Assembly (NCBI GenBank): GCA_051294905.1
Contig: CM119372.1
Span: forward strand, 33,668,001-33,732,000
Direction: 5' to 3'
Length of the DNA: 64,000 bases
From: Botryllus schlosseri
Taxonomy: Eukaryota
In this document: piece after piece, positions 38,693 to 50,800 of the stretch
How the letters are laid out: every line of letters starts with the position of its first letter
Position numbering within the stretch: position 1 is the first letter of the stretch
Position numbers and translations under genes: made by a program
Notes under the pieces: generated by a model
What the model was told of the DNA's origin: nothing
Database searches by the model: none
What the model saw: only the letters and a program-made list of their open reading frames with translations

Positions 38693-39760
38693 TCAAGCAT
38701 GGGTCTCCTCAGCTTTTTCTCTAATGTTATTCTGCTGGATCGAGGATTCCTTTGTGTCTGCAAAGATGTGACATTTGCAGAGTAGTCTTCTCCAAGTTTC
38801 GGAAACCGACTTCCAGAGCGCTGGTGTCGTGAGAATGTATACTATTGGGTTGATTGATTCCGTCAGATTGACGACCCAAAGTCTCGTCAGATAAACTACC
38901 GCGTGCTTACGATGTCCGTTGAAGCCAATCATATACCAAATAACGTACAAAAATTTAGGAAGATATCCAACCAGGAAAGAGCACGCGATAGCAGCAAGTT
39001 GGATCAACGCCCTCTTTTCTTCATGTCGAAATGCCGCTCCCCCGACACTGTGTTGCCTCACCAACTTATGCCGGAGCAGAGATAGTCCAATGGCAATGCA
39101 CAGCACGACGACTGAAGATATCGGAACAAGCGTAAGTAAAGCTGTGTCGAAGAAATAGTAAACATAAGCATGCAATCGGCGGTTATTTTTGGCGAAGCAT
39201 ATCCGCTTGTGTCTCGAATCCAATAGGATAATATCCAAATAGTACAGCGGTAGTGGCATGGTCAATACGAATAATGATAACCAAGCGCTGATGACTACAG
39301 TTCTCGCTCTTTTCAGTGTCATGCAGGCAAAGGCATTGGTAGGATATTTGAGTGCACAAAATCTCCATATCGAAAGAGCCAGTACCAGAGCGATTGTAAC
39401 GGCCGATGTGTACCCAATCGTTGGTGACGCGATTTTGCATATGAAGGTTCCGAATGGATAATCTTCATTGGCCGCGGACACAAGTACCGGCGTAACTGCG
39501 AACGGTGATATGAGTGCAGATAGAATGTCCGAGCCACACAAACCCATAACAATTATGTTGAAAGGCGTCTGCTTCATCTTGATGAATGCAACGAGGATCA
39601 CGACGTTCGCCACAATAGCAAAACTCCACACAATTGCGAACGCTATCCAAGTCGCGAGTATTTCATTCTCCGAAAGGCTTTGCGCAGAGTCAGTCACGTT
39701 GGCAGCCTGATTGACGTAAGAAGAAATATTTGGATAAGCCGAAGTCACCGTCGCATTCAT
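38693..39760 (-). CDS. Single-exon class A (rhodopsin-like) GPCR, orphan, 355 aa
   Basis: Seven hydrophobic segments; N-terminal NAT/NIS/NVT/NLS-type glycosylation sequons; AN (TM1), L..SD (TM2), YPFG...CK, LSIWRF (DRY position), W in TM4, P in TM5/TM6, INPIVY (TM7). Confidence 0.92.
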   Translation of the reverse strand: MNATVTSAYPNISSYVNQAANVTDSAQSLSENEILATWIAFAIVWSFAIVANVVILVAFIKMKQTPFNIIVMGLCGSDILSALISPFAVTPVLVSAANEDYPFGTFICKIASPTIGYTSAVTIALVLALSIWRFCALKYPTNAFACMTLKRARTVVISAWLSLFVLTMPLPLYYLDIILLDSRHKRICFAKNNRRLHAYVYYFFDTALLTLVPISSVVVLCIAIGLSLLRHKLVRQHSVGGAAFRHEEKRALIQLAAIACSFLVGYLPKFLYVIWYMIGFNGHRKHAVVYLTRLWVVNLTESINPIVYILTTPALWKSVSETWRRLLCKCHIFADTKESSIQQNNIREKAEETHA

Positions 39761-40009
39761 AGTCGATCAGTAAAACATATATTATGATCTTCTGTTGCAA
39801 TAAATCATACTTTATCGTGACCCAACATGCTAGTCAATCAATATAAATTAACTGTATGTTAACGTTCAAATATATTCACGTACGTACACGTCACACATTC
39901 CCTGGAAAACAGAATATATAATATTTTCCTAATTGGGGCCGTAATAGCCCGGCATTCCCCTGAACAACATTAATAATTTGTTTTCCGCACCCACATACAT
40001 ACCCTAAGT

Positions 40010-43000
40010 CTGGGGTGAGCAAACTAAGGCCTGTGGGCCGCATGTGGCCCGCAACAGCGTTTCGTGCGGTCTGCGGAACCACGACAAAAGTATTGAAATT
40101 ATTGATTAAATGCGTATACTAAAAATCTAATTATTACAGGGACTTGATTAAACATTTTCTCAGTTCATTTCATCATGATAATCATAAGTTATATTCCTAT
40201 AGCCTATAGTCTTTTTTGTATTTCATTGCTGGCGCGATAGCCCGACGTCAAGTTTCGGGCATTTTGAAAGGTCACAGTTAGACCAAACGGGAATGATGTT
40301 ATTCGGATACACCAGTGTGATTTTAAATTGGCCATTCCAACGAGTTTATTACTTAAGGCGGAAATTATAAAGTTAGCTGATGCGAGAGAATGCTAATCGA
40401 GTGATTAAAAACTGCTAATCGGGACGCTTTGTAGGCGGAGAAAATAAAGTTAGCTGATCAGGAAAAATGCTACTCGTGTGATTAAATACTGCAAATCGCG
40501 ACGCATAAAGTTGGAAAAGGTCACGCGCGATTCTTAGGCGAGGTGTCCCGAGTTTTCAATCAAGTTGCATTATCTGTTGCACCATAATGCGAAAACGCGT
40601 TATAGGCTGTCAGTTGTCAATTGATAGAATGAAACAGCAGCCTGCTAATAACGCTACTGCCACTGCAATAGGTAGAATTATCATCATCGCGAATTGAAAG
40701 TCGTGTCCCATTCATACGGTACAGCTAAGAAACGGATTATAGAATATTGATATGGCTCTGCAATGGCGGGTACATAATTCGTTGATTGTTTAATGAAGCC
40801 ATTACCTATAGAACAGCGGTTCTCAACCTTTTTGGACATGCGCCCCCCTTGGGGATGGTCGAAAATATTGCGCCCCCCCTGACACCCCCCTACACTTTTC
40901 GTCATGTCAAAAAGAGAACATCATCTAATACAGAGGTAGGCAACCTTTTTGCTAATCACGGCCTATTTCGATAACTTATTTAGCCTGAGGCCGCATTCCA
41001 GGGCATAGCCGTAATGAACTAACTGGACGCGATTTACCTATGTTAATCTGTCCATATCCATTGCCGGTGAACTACGGAGTCAGGACGATTATACTTTTAA
41101 CAAAAGCCTTTTTTGTACGTACCGAAATTGCGAGTCGCAATGTTATGAATAGATGCTGGGATTGCATATTGTCGCGCCGAGCGCGAAAATTTTTCAGATT
41201 CACGAATGAATTCCGTAAGTAATAGTAGCAGTATCACATATTATTATCAAATATTTATCCTCTCTTAGCCCATGTGATCACATACACCGGTAGGGTTCAT
41301 TGAGAGAGTGCTTTTGAAATTTTAGGGCAAGTTATAAATGATAATGCATCTTCGGGTGGGCCAAATGTTAATAGTCACTTGGTTGCATGCTGTTATTTCT
41401 TGACCCCCGATCAGGATAGTCGATTGTATCAGTAGTGGAAATATATTAAAATCGCCCAAATGTACCATAAACAAATTTCATTCGTGCGGAAAGCACGATT
41501 CCGATTCCGGCTAAGAGTGAGAAGGGCGCTACTCTATTAAAATCGAAAAATTAGGTTATGTTGAATTGCGCGGGGTGTGAAGAAAATTTCAAGATTAATT
41601 AGAATCTCTCAAAAATTTTGGAGTGAATTCGTAATTTCAATTTGCATATCGATGGATGCCAACACATACTAATTGAATTAGGTGTCGACGGCTGCACAAA
41701 TTCCCATCTACAGCAACAGGTTGCCCTTCCCTGATCTAATAGTATACATATGGTATGTCTTACGCCAAGTTTGAATCCGCATTCCAGTTGTTGAGTCTTT
41801 AACATTTCTGACAAATTTCCCCAAACTTGTTTGAAAATAGCAAAAAAACATTGAACAGAACATCAAATTATTTCAAGGTAGGTTGCACTGAGAAATCCTA
41901 ATGCTGGTAGTGACTACAGAGAGCACGGCGTCGTTCTGTACTGACATGCTAAATTCGATCGGTTTTGGAATTCAATAAATTGTGTTTATTAAGGGTAGCT
42001 TAATTGAGGGCGAAACCGGGCAACTTATATTGCATCTAAATCTGTCTTGAGCAGTGCAGTTCGCCAATTATTAACAACAGCTACCCAGCGCACCGAACTT
42101 TAGGCTACTGCAAAGCTATGAAGTAATGAATGACTTACACGTGGGAACTGCTGCAAATTTTCAAAGAATATAAAAAATTTGCTCAAGTGAAGTTGAAATC
42201 AGCCTATACTCCGTTGAGCGCAAATGCTGGAGTTGGAATTTGGCGAGATTTCTTGAATACAAAATAAGTTTCATCTTTAACAATCGTCTTCTCAGAATGA
42301 TTGTGAAGCACATTTTTAGTCAGAACTCATACAGACGTGGTTAATGTCTCGCGCATCCCCTGAGAGCTTCCCGCACCCCCCAGGTTGAGAACCCCTGCTA
42401 TAGAAGGAGACAGTCGCTACGATCATTATCGGAAATATTTCTGCGTATGAATGGTACGCAGTGTATGCAGTTTTATAGTTAAATCATGAGATTACCACTA
42501 ACTTTACGCGCCGCGATCAACCGGTTTCCTTAATCCTGGGTTGATAAATCCTGGCGAACGAGATAATCGACTTTATTGCTAATCCAACTTTATTATCTCC
42601 GCCTCTAGTGTGTACTTGGAAAACCAGATTCGTGCTTGTATTAGGTAGATTCGTTCTCGTTATGTGGAGACGAAGTAATTATAGTATCTATATATTGTAG
42701 AAGCGTATATTTGAAGCTAACATGGTGATGATGCTGTCAGCATTGTGTTGTGTGTCCTGGAGTTGAATCAAAAGTAGAATCAGCGAATCTATGATCCGAT
42801 TGCTGCTCACAGATTCAACTTTCCATCCTGTTCTAAGAATCGAGATGACCGGCTTCCATCCCTGATTTTGACAAATTGGTTATTGAGGTCGACCAGCTTA
42901 TAAAATCTCACCTATGTTTCTGACGCGTGTACGATATCATCAAATCAATGTTTCGCTTGTTTTAAATATCTCGATGTCCTCAGTATAACCAAATGCAAAT

Positions 43001-43102
43001 ATCGCTTTTTGGCTCGGAATATAAATTTTATAAAGTGTGGCCCGCGAATGTAGATTCATATGTTGAATGCGACCCCCGAGCTAAAATGTTTGCCCACCCC
43101 TG
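40010..43102. mobile_element. hAT MITE nest (same family as 32235-33351) containing 40814-42397 and 40931-41733
   Basis: Outer TSD CCCTAAGT/CTATAAGT; inner perfect TSDs CTATAGAA and ATCTAATA. Confidence 0.8.
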
Positions 43103-44437
43103 CTATAAGTGGTAGGCCTACATATACGTTAAAAGAAACTCATTTTTGGCAAGTCGAACCCACAGCATTGTCTCAAACCGCATCGGAATTGGTATGGTTT
43201 AAAAAATATAAAACTATCTTTAGTTTAGTGTGTACGTGACATGACATTTATTTTGCTAACTTTCACTGTGTTAGCAAAATAACTGCTTTCCAAATTATAC
43301 GGTTAAGGCGTCATAACGAGTAAATCCCCAATATACTGTACTCAAAAGCCTAATGCTCGTTTCAGAATCGAATCACTACATCACTCGATTTTCCTAGCCC
43401 TATTTCAAAGGTATATTACTTGTAAAGGCTTAGTGCAGTATACAGTGCTGTGCTAATTCGGCAACAGGCCCCCCTAACACAGCATGCAAATACTATTTAG
43501 TACTAAGCATGCCTCATTTGCTTTGATTCTGCAAAAGCATGGCAAAGCTTAACTCCTAAATCAGTGGTTCTCAACCTTTTTGTCTTCGCGGACCCCCTTT
43601 AGACCATCACGGACCCCGCGGACCCCCGAAGTTTTAGTTAAAATTTAGCTCTATTACCGTGCAATAACCGTCATCTGTCTTGCGGCAATATTAACTGCAG
43701 GCTAGTGATAAACAGCAACAAAATGACATTTCTTGTAATTAGCTTCATAATATTTATGTAGAAATTGGGAAGACGTTTATTATTTCAAAGCCAATACTGT
43801 TGCTGCATTTCTTGATATACACTGCCGTGTCTCGAAAATCCTCGCCGACGATTTGACATGTACGAGTTCGGAAAGTACATTAATTTCCACATATATAGGG
43901 GGTGGTGAATGTAATAATAACGCGTAACGCTTCTAACGACACCTTTGGATCTGATCGCAACATACATGGCACCAATATCATCATCATCCTCCTCATTCAT
44001 TTTATTATTGATGTAACGCCCAGCCTATTCATTTCCTCTTAACAGCTCATCATGAAGTTATTATGAAATAGCGTCCATGTATATAAAAAGAGAAAATGGA
44101 TTTTTGCAAGCGAATTTATTCTGAAACCCCCACAAAACTTCTCTAAACAGCAATATGTTTCTATCAGTATAGGCTATTGGCAATTATAGGTGATTAAAAT
44201 TAGTTTGCACAGTACAATATTTCATCTCAGACGGCCATTCTGTTTACGCAAGTATTCACATACGGAGAGCTCAATATTTCGAGCCAACTTTTGTAACAAA
44301 GCAAGCAAAAATTTTGAAATGGGCAAGGTGAATGCTCGTTCAGTGTTGATTTTTATGCTACCAGCGCCATGCATAGGGTGGTCCGATGTTGAAATACAAA
44401 GATTTTGTAATTGAATAGTATATTCATATTGAAATGA

Positions 44438-44471
44438 ACCCGAATATTTTCGGCTGACGCTCGTCAGGGGT
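44438..44471 (-). ncRNA. Minimal hammerhead ribozyme motif
   Basis: Reverse strand reads ACCC-CTGACGA-GCGTCAGCC-GAA-AATATT-C-GGGT. Confidence 0.65.
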
Positions 44472-45769
44472 AATCGTCAGCAACTAGTGGAGAATTGAAA
44501 AGAACAGAGTATATCAGGGGCGGGCAACATACGGCCCGCGGACAGTTTCCCGTCTTGTATGATAATGTGGCCTGCGGCCCCAGTCTGCCGAGATTCCCCA
44601 CTATATACTTGCTCAAACGTCTAATTTTAGTGACTGTACGTTATTAAAGTAGTGGTGTTCATAAATGACTTTTTTCTCAAATTGTACTGGCTACATGATA
44701 AAATTGTTAGGTTACCTAATCTAGGCCTACACACCAAATTTGGTTCAGTTCCAACCATTTAGCCGCATTACTACAGAAGAATAACGTTTCTATTTATTAC
44801 ATAAATATTATTAGAAAAAATTTCAAAATTTTCTGTTCACCCCATGAAAGTGTTAGGTTGTCTATAGAAACGATGTTCCGCAAATTTGACCCAATTCCAA
44901 CTAGTGGAAGCGGAGTTATTGCCGTCGAGAAATTTGGGTTAGAATAAATAGTATATGTGGGCACAACTATGATAAATAATTGAAGAATTGGCCACCGTAA
45001 ATACTCTTTTATTCAATTCAAAAAGCTAACAATTTTATCAAGTAGCCATAGTACAATTTGAGAGAAAAAAGTCATTTTTGTGAACACCCCTATGGCATTA
45101 TATCACACACGTGTGTGCGCAGCGTGCGAGAGTATAGAGCTTACGCGTAAGTTAGTTGTAGCGAGGAGGCTTGCATTATCGGCATTTACCATGTACTTAA
45201 CACTAATGAATTGATATATGGGTAAATTTGGGGTAACTGGCTCATCGAACGCCTGGAAATCTTAATTATGGACTGCACCGTGTGTTAATTGATCAGAGAG
45301 AAGCAGACATGGCGGTATTTGTGTGACAATGCTGTTCTCAAATCCACATTGTTTTCGTCATTATCGGCGAGAAATGACTTTGAAATGACGTTGCTGTCGT
45401 TAAAATACATTCATTTAGTACGATTTATTCCTTGTATATGTGGAATAATGAGCGAATAATGCATCGATTCAGCAATCCGGCCCTCCAAGTACTTAATTTT
45501 CCTATATCCGGCTCGCCGACTGCAGAAGTTGCCCGCCCCTGGCGTATATCAACAATCGTAGCACAAAATATGACGTCACCAGCGTGAAATGTCGAATACG
45601 AGAGCGTTCACCAGCTAAGGCTGTGTCAACAAAAAGAGTTCGTGTATCATCTAAAAATAGTACATTGAACGCTCTCGTATTCGACGTTTCAAGCTGGTGA
45701 CGTCGTATTTTGTGCTACGATTGTTGATATACGCTGTTCTTTTCAATTCTCTACTAGTTGCAGACGATT

Positions 45770-45803
45770 ACCCCTGACGAGTGTCAGCCGAAAATATTCG
45801 GGT
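45770..45803 (+). ncRNA. Minimal hammerhead ribozyme motif
   Basis: ACCC-CTGACGA-GTGTCAGCC-GAA-AATATT-C-GGGT. Confidence 0.7.
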
Positions 45804-46037
45804 TCATTTCAATATGAATATACTATTCAATTGTATATTGAAGTTCTGTACCTCCAAGAAGCTGTTCAAAGATATAAAGTGACGCGGAAAATTGTGTTTT
45901 ATGAAAAAGGTTCGCAGCGCGGAACCTACCAAGGTTCGTTTGTGAACGTGGACCTCTAAATTTCTGAGGTTCACACACAGAACGCGAACGGGAACCTCGC
46001 GTTCACACCATCCCAGCCCTAGAAATTAGGTTATCAC

Positions 46038-46924
46038 TAGGGCAAGTTTTTGTTGCACTAAAACCGCGAGAAAGTTGCACTTAATTTTGACTAAAGTTGC
46101 AGTAAAAAGTTGCATATATATTTTTTGTTGAATTAGTAGGGTATGAGATACTCAAATGGTTCTGTTGTATAAACTAGTTCTTGTAGAGCTGTCAAATTTA
46201 CAACTTTGCCATTTCACGGACATTCTGGCAAGAGCGCAAAAAATTATATTTTTTCCCTGTACACAGCAAGAAATTTACACAATGCGGGAATAACTTCCCC
46301 CAAAGAAGCCAAACAGCATAGCGATAACCCCCTCCCACTAAAACAAGTCGAATAACACACCCACCCCAAACCACCTATAGGTCTGCAAACTTGACTCAAG
46401 GCGTTGCAGAAAAACTCACTCTTGGCTGCTTTAACAAAATCAGTAGCCTGAATAAGTTGATTCATAGAAAATGCAATTTTCGACGGTCTCGCCTGTGCGT
46501 TCGTGAAATGGGAAACGATCTCAAATTTAAACGACAGAATTAGTAAAGCGATCTATTTACATATTGTTTGGACACGGTCGTGCTTGGCAAGGATAGATGA
46601 ACTTGCTTGCAAGTCATTGCGTCAAATATAACACAGTGGGATGCAGCTAACCCATCATACAGCTCTTTTTGTTATGCAAATAAAAGAGAATAGAACCATA
46701 CTAAAGATAGTTCATATCATGTTTTAATTCATTCCTTTACATTCTGACGCAATATTTGCAAAAAGTTGCAGTAAAAATTGGAATGAAAAATAGAGAAAAG
46801 TTGCAAAAATTGAGCTATAAAATCCCTCCAAACAGCCTAAAACATCATAGTACGTAGATTCTGGGTATCTAGGAAGCTGTCGGAAGCTGTAAAAAAGTTG
46901 CAAAAGTTGCAAAAACTTGCCCTA
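46038..46924. mobile_element. hAT-type MITE with AAGTTGCA repeats
   Basis: TAGGGCAAGTTTTT/AAAAACTTGCCCTA; perfect TSD GTTATCAC. Confidence 0.8.
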
Positions 46925-47504
46925 GTTATCACACGTTTTGCAAATTTGGAGGCTCCTCGTACCCCCGGAAATTGCTGCTCGGATTCCCGGTTGAGAACCA
47001 CTGCCCTAAATCACGTCAGAGCCTTCGGGGCTCAATACGGTAAGCCGACTTGCTCATCAGCCCAGTGCCTCAGCTCCCGTGTACGACTCTTCAAAATGTT
47101 GCTAATCTCGACACCCTATCCGGCTCTTTTATCGAAAATACAGCGTAACTTCCGCAAATGAAAAATGCCTGCTGGCGGAAATTATTTTCAGGAGTATGAC
47201 GGAAAGTTCCCGGAGGCTCCAGTCATCGAAGGCGTACGAAACCCACGTCTTTATTTTAATGTTTCTGCGGGATGGCTGCGCGCCTCTGCGCGTGTTCCAG
47301 ACGTGCTGATCCAGTGTGTGACTACCACTACACCAGCGTTCGAACACGACTTTTAAATAGATAATAATACTGCGCAAATACAAATTCACCATGTCTGTTG
47401 TGAGACAAATCGATTGTAAAAGCTACGATTATTGGTGCGTCGTGAGTTCAACAGATTTTCACGGTGGCGTCCCCACGACAGTAGTAGTATAGATCGGTCG
47501 TGAG

Positions 47505-47835
47505 GTGGGTGGGGTTCTTATGGGCCCGCTCGCATGCGGCTGGGAAACTCGTGTTGGCATGCGGCTCTTATTTCTTATGGGCCCGCTCGCATGCGGCTAT
47601 TGCGTCTTATGGCCCCTCTCGCACGGTAACTCTTTTCAGTATAGGGATCGCTCGCACGCGGCTGGGAAACTCGTGTTGGCATGCGGCTCTTATGTCTTAT
47701 GGGTGAGTTGGCATGCGGCTCTTATGTCTTATGGGTGAGTTGGCATGCGGCGCTTATTCCTTATGGGTGAGTTGGCATGCGGTTATTGCGTCTTATGGCG
47801 GAGCTGGCATGCGGCTATTGTGTTCTTATGGGTGC
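47505..47835. repeat. ~32-bp subterminal tandem repeats (GGCATGCGGCTCTTATGTCTTATGGG) of the Polinton left end
   Basis: Directly visible; diverged inverted counterparts at ~61790-61965. Confidence 0.8.
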
Positions 47836-50800
47836 GTCGGCATATCGTACTTTCGGGTATAGGCATCTCTCGACCGGTGTTGAATATGTATCAAGTAAAT
47901 AGTCATGTGATTGGTCCTTAGTTAATGTGTATATTCCAAATTACGGCGAGTACGACAATGATATATCGTTATTCTTATGGACGCGGCGATGATTCGTACT
48001 TTCGTTGATAGAATGCTAGCGGCATGTCGTAATTTCACCAAAAAGGGTGTGAAATAGTTTGCTAAATCTAGGAATCAGTCGCTTGGTAATTAGTTTACCA
48101 CGGAGCCGGCGTAGACGGCGGTTCGAATAGCAACAATAGCCGCGTTCACAAACTAACACTCCAAAAAGGTGTGAAATATTGGTAAAATCCCGCGATCGCT
48201 CACAAGATAATACCTAAGACATAACCATCGCTCGCGACTCGCTGTTACATACATGCCGATCGTTGACAATGTAATATTTTGGTAATTAGTTTACCACAGA
48301 ACCCGCGTAGACGGCGATACCGACAATAGCCGCGTTCACAAACTAACACTTCAAAAAGGTGCGAAATAGGTTGCAAATCCCACGATCGCTCACGAGATAA
48401 CACCTAAGACATAGCCATCCCTCGCAACTTGTTGTTACATACATTCCAATCGCCACAATGTAATATTTTGATAATCAGTATGTCACGGAACTGGATTTCA
48501 CTGGTAAAATTTAATAAGTGACGAATAACAGAGCCGTCACAGACGATGATTCGAATACCGACAAATTCTCACTTATTTCTGATCCCCCCCTAATCCTTTG
48601 CGAAGTTGACGCTTATTCGAAAAGGTGTGAAATAATTGTAAAACCCTACGTCGCTGACGGGATAATGCATCAGACATAGCGATCTAGTTATAGCATGGGT
48701 CGGAATCCATTCGCGGGATGTACTAGGTAAATTGAGATAATCCGAAACGAAATATTTTGACTTTGGTGTAGTGTGAATTGAAATAGGATTGACAAACATG
48801 GCTATCAACTTTCCCACAGTCCCATATTGATATTATACGCACATTGATTCGAAACAAGTAATGGAACATTGCAACTCTATTCGCGATCCGACTTTTCGTT
48901 TGTCAAAGCGACAGTTTTAACATCTTACCATACTCAAAAGAATTATTTACAACATTAACAAGTGTTCAAAATCTAGTTTTCACTTACTTGATTATACCAC
49001 TGCAACTCACAAATTTGAATTAATTCATTCTGGTTGTATTCATATGATCGGTCTTTTTTATTCAATTGTAAAGGTCGTTACTATTCTGAAGACAAAGTAA
49101 GCTATTTACTAATCGACACATAAATGACTTGACATAAACATATTATATTTTGAGTATACGAGATTTGAATGTCTGAACAATAACTGAGAAATAATTTATC
49201 ACAATAAAATACGTATATTACAGCGTAAAAGATGTTTGAATGTCAGCAACTCTGTACGGTCATAGTTACTACCACTAATTTACCCGACCAACTCGTCATG
49301 ATCATTCCTGAAATCAACACAAATATGACCACTGACTTGAGTTAACCACAAAACAGCATCAAGTTTTAAATCCACTTGTAGCTTACGGATTATTTGAATG
49401 CTGGTTATGTTTTGTTGTAATTGAGTTAACGGAAATAGTATTACGTCTCGACATCTGACCATCTTACCATATTCAAAGAACCAACCACGAAAACATTGGC
49501 AAGTAAATCCGTTAACCGACCAACTCAACAGTATCAACATGAAAAACAGCCAAACATACAGGAATCCATACAAGCACTAAAACCTAAAATCCATAACAAG
49601 CCTGTTTGTATTCATATCCCTACATGTCTTTTTTATTCAACTTGAAAAGTCGTTACTATTCTGTAAGACAAAGAAATTACTATGCGGTATATTTTGTAAG
49701 ATAAAAGTAATTACTTCTCGGTGCCCGCGACTTGAGATTAACATAATATGTTTGAGTATGCGAGATTTGAATGTCTGCCCAACATGTTGAGAATTCATTT
49801 CTTACAATCGAACGCAGGTGTTATATTGAAAATTATCATGATGTAAACATAAGGATTGACACATTGATTTGACATATGTAATAGTTGATCATGACTTGAC
49901 TATTAAATTATTTGCGTTAATTAGACCCGGCGTTGTGGTAAAGATTATTGTGACAGCAACAAACTTTTCAGTACCATTGTTATTAACATATTGAGTTGTA
50001 AACTATGTGTGTCTAAAATGTTCTCGATTGGAAAATTATTCAGCCTTGGTACAAACCACGCAGAGTATTGTGGATATCAGGAAATATTTTACAAATGTAA
50101 TTGTCTGCAGTAAACAAGACTAAAGATGAAACAACAATTTCCTTTGTTGAACAATAACCGGTGCAATACTTTATTGTCGGTGAGAATTGAAACACTTTCG
50201 CGCATTACCTGGTGTCAAGATATCACACTAGGTGAATTGACATACCTACTCACTTTGATCATTACAAAAGTAAATTGGAATATGTTTGCCAGGCCCCACC
50301 TATTCAACTATACTTGAGTAATACAGAAACCTCTCAGCATTAATAAAATCGAAATGTGCGCTACACTGAAATCTACAAAAATGTGTTTGTATTGCTGTTC
50401 GTAGTAGCGATATCGATTTGAACCTCCATCATCTAACCAAACTACTGAGAGTCGTTGTCAATTTACATGACGTTCACTGATTACATACTAGAACTATTTG
50501 TGCAACGCACACGATCAGAGAAATTGGACATTTTTCCATTGCCATTCGTCAAAGTAAATGTCGTCACAATAATCAGTCACTAAAAGACCATATACTTGTA
50601 TGTGATTGAATCGCCGACAATTAACTCGGTAAATCAAACCCCTGAGAAATTTCACTCAGTCATTGGATAGGAAACAGCGTCGCTTAATCGGTGTGAGTCG
50701 CTTTTTCTAAATACTAATCATATCTGTCCAGCCAAGAACAATTTTCACTCACTTGGGTAACGAACCCAGTGTCCAATATCAATACAAGATATTTTCGTCA

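Larger units (their letters stand above)
44409..45868. mobile_element. Penelope inverted pLTR pair interrupted by a hAT MITE (44515-45541)
   Basis: Same pLTR as at 13024-13690, present in both orientations. MITE TSD GAGTATAT/GCGTATAT. Confidence 0.8.
43562..47003. mobile_element. hAT MITE (family of 19957-24387) hosting Penelope and other insertions
   Basis: CAGTGGTTCTCAACC/GGTTGAGAACCACTG; TSD TCCTAAAT/CCCTAAAT. Confidence 0.8.
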
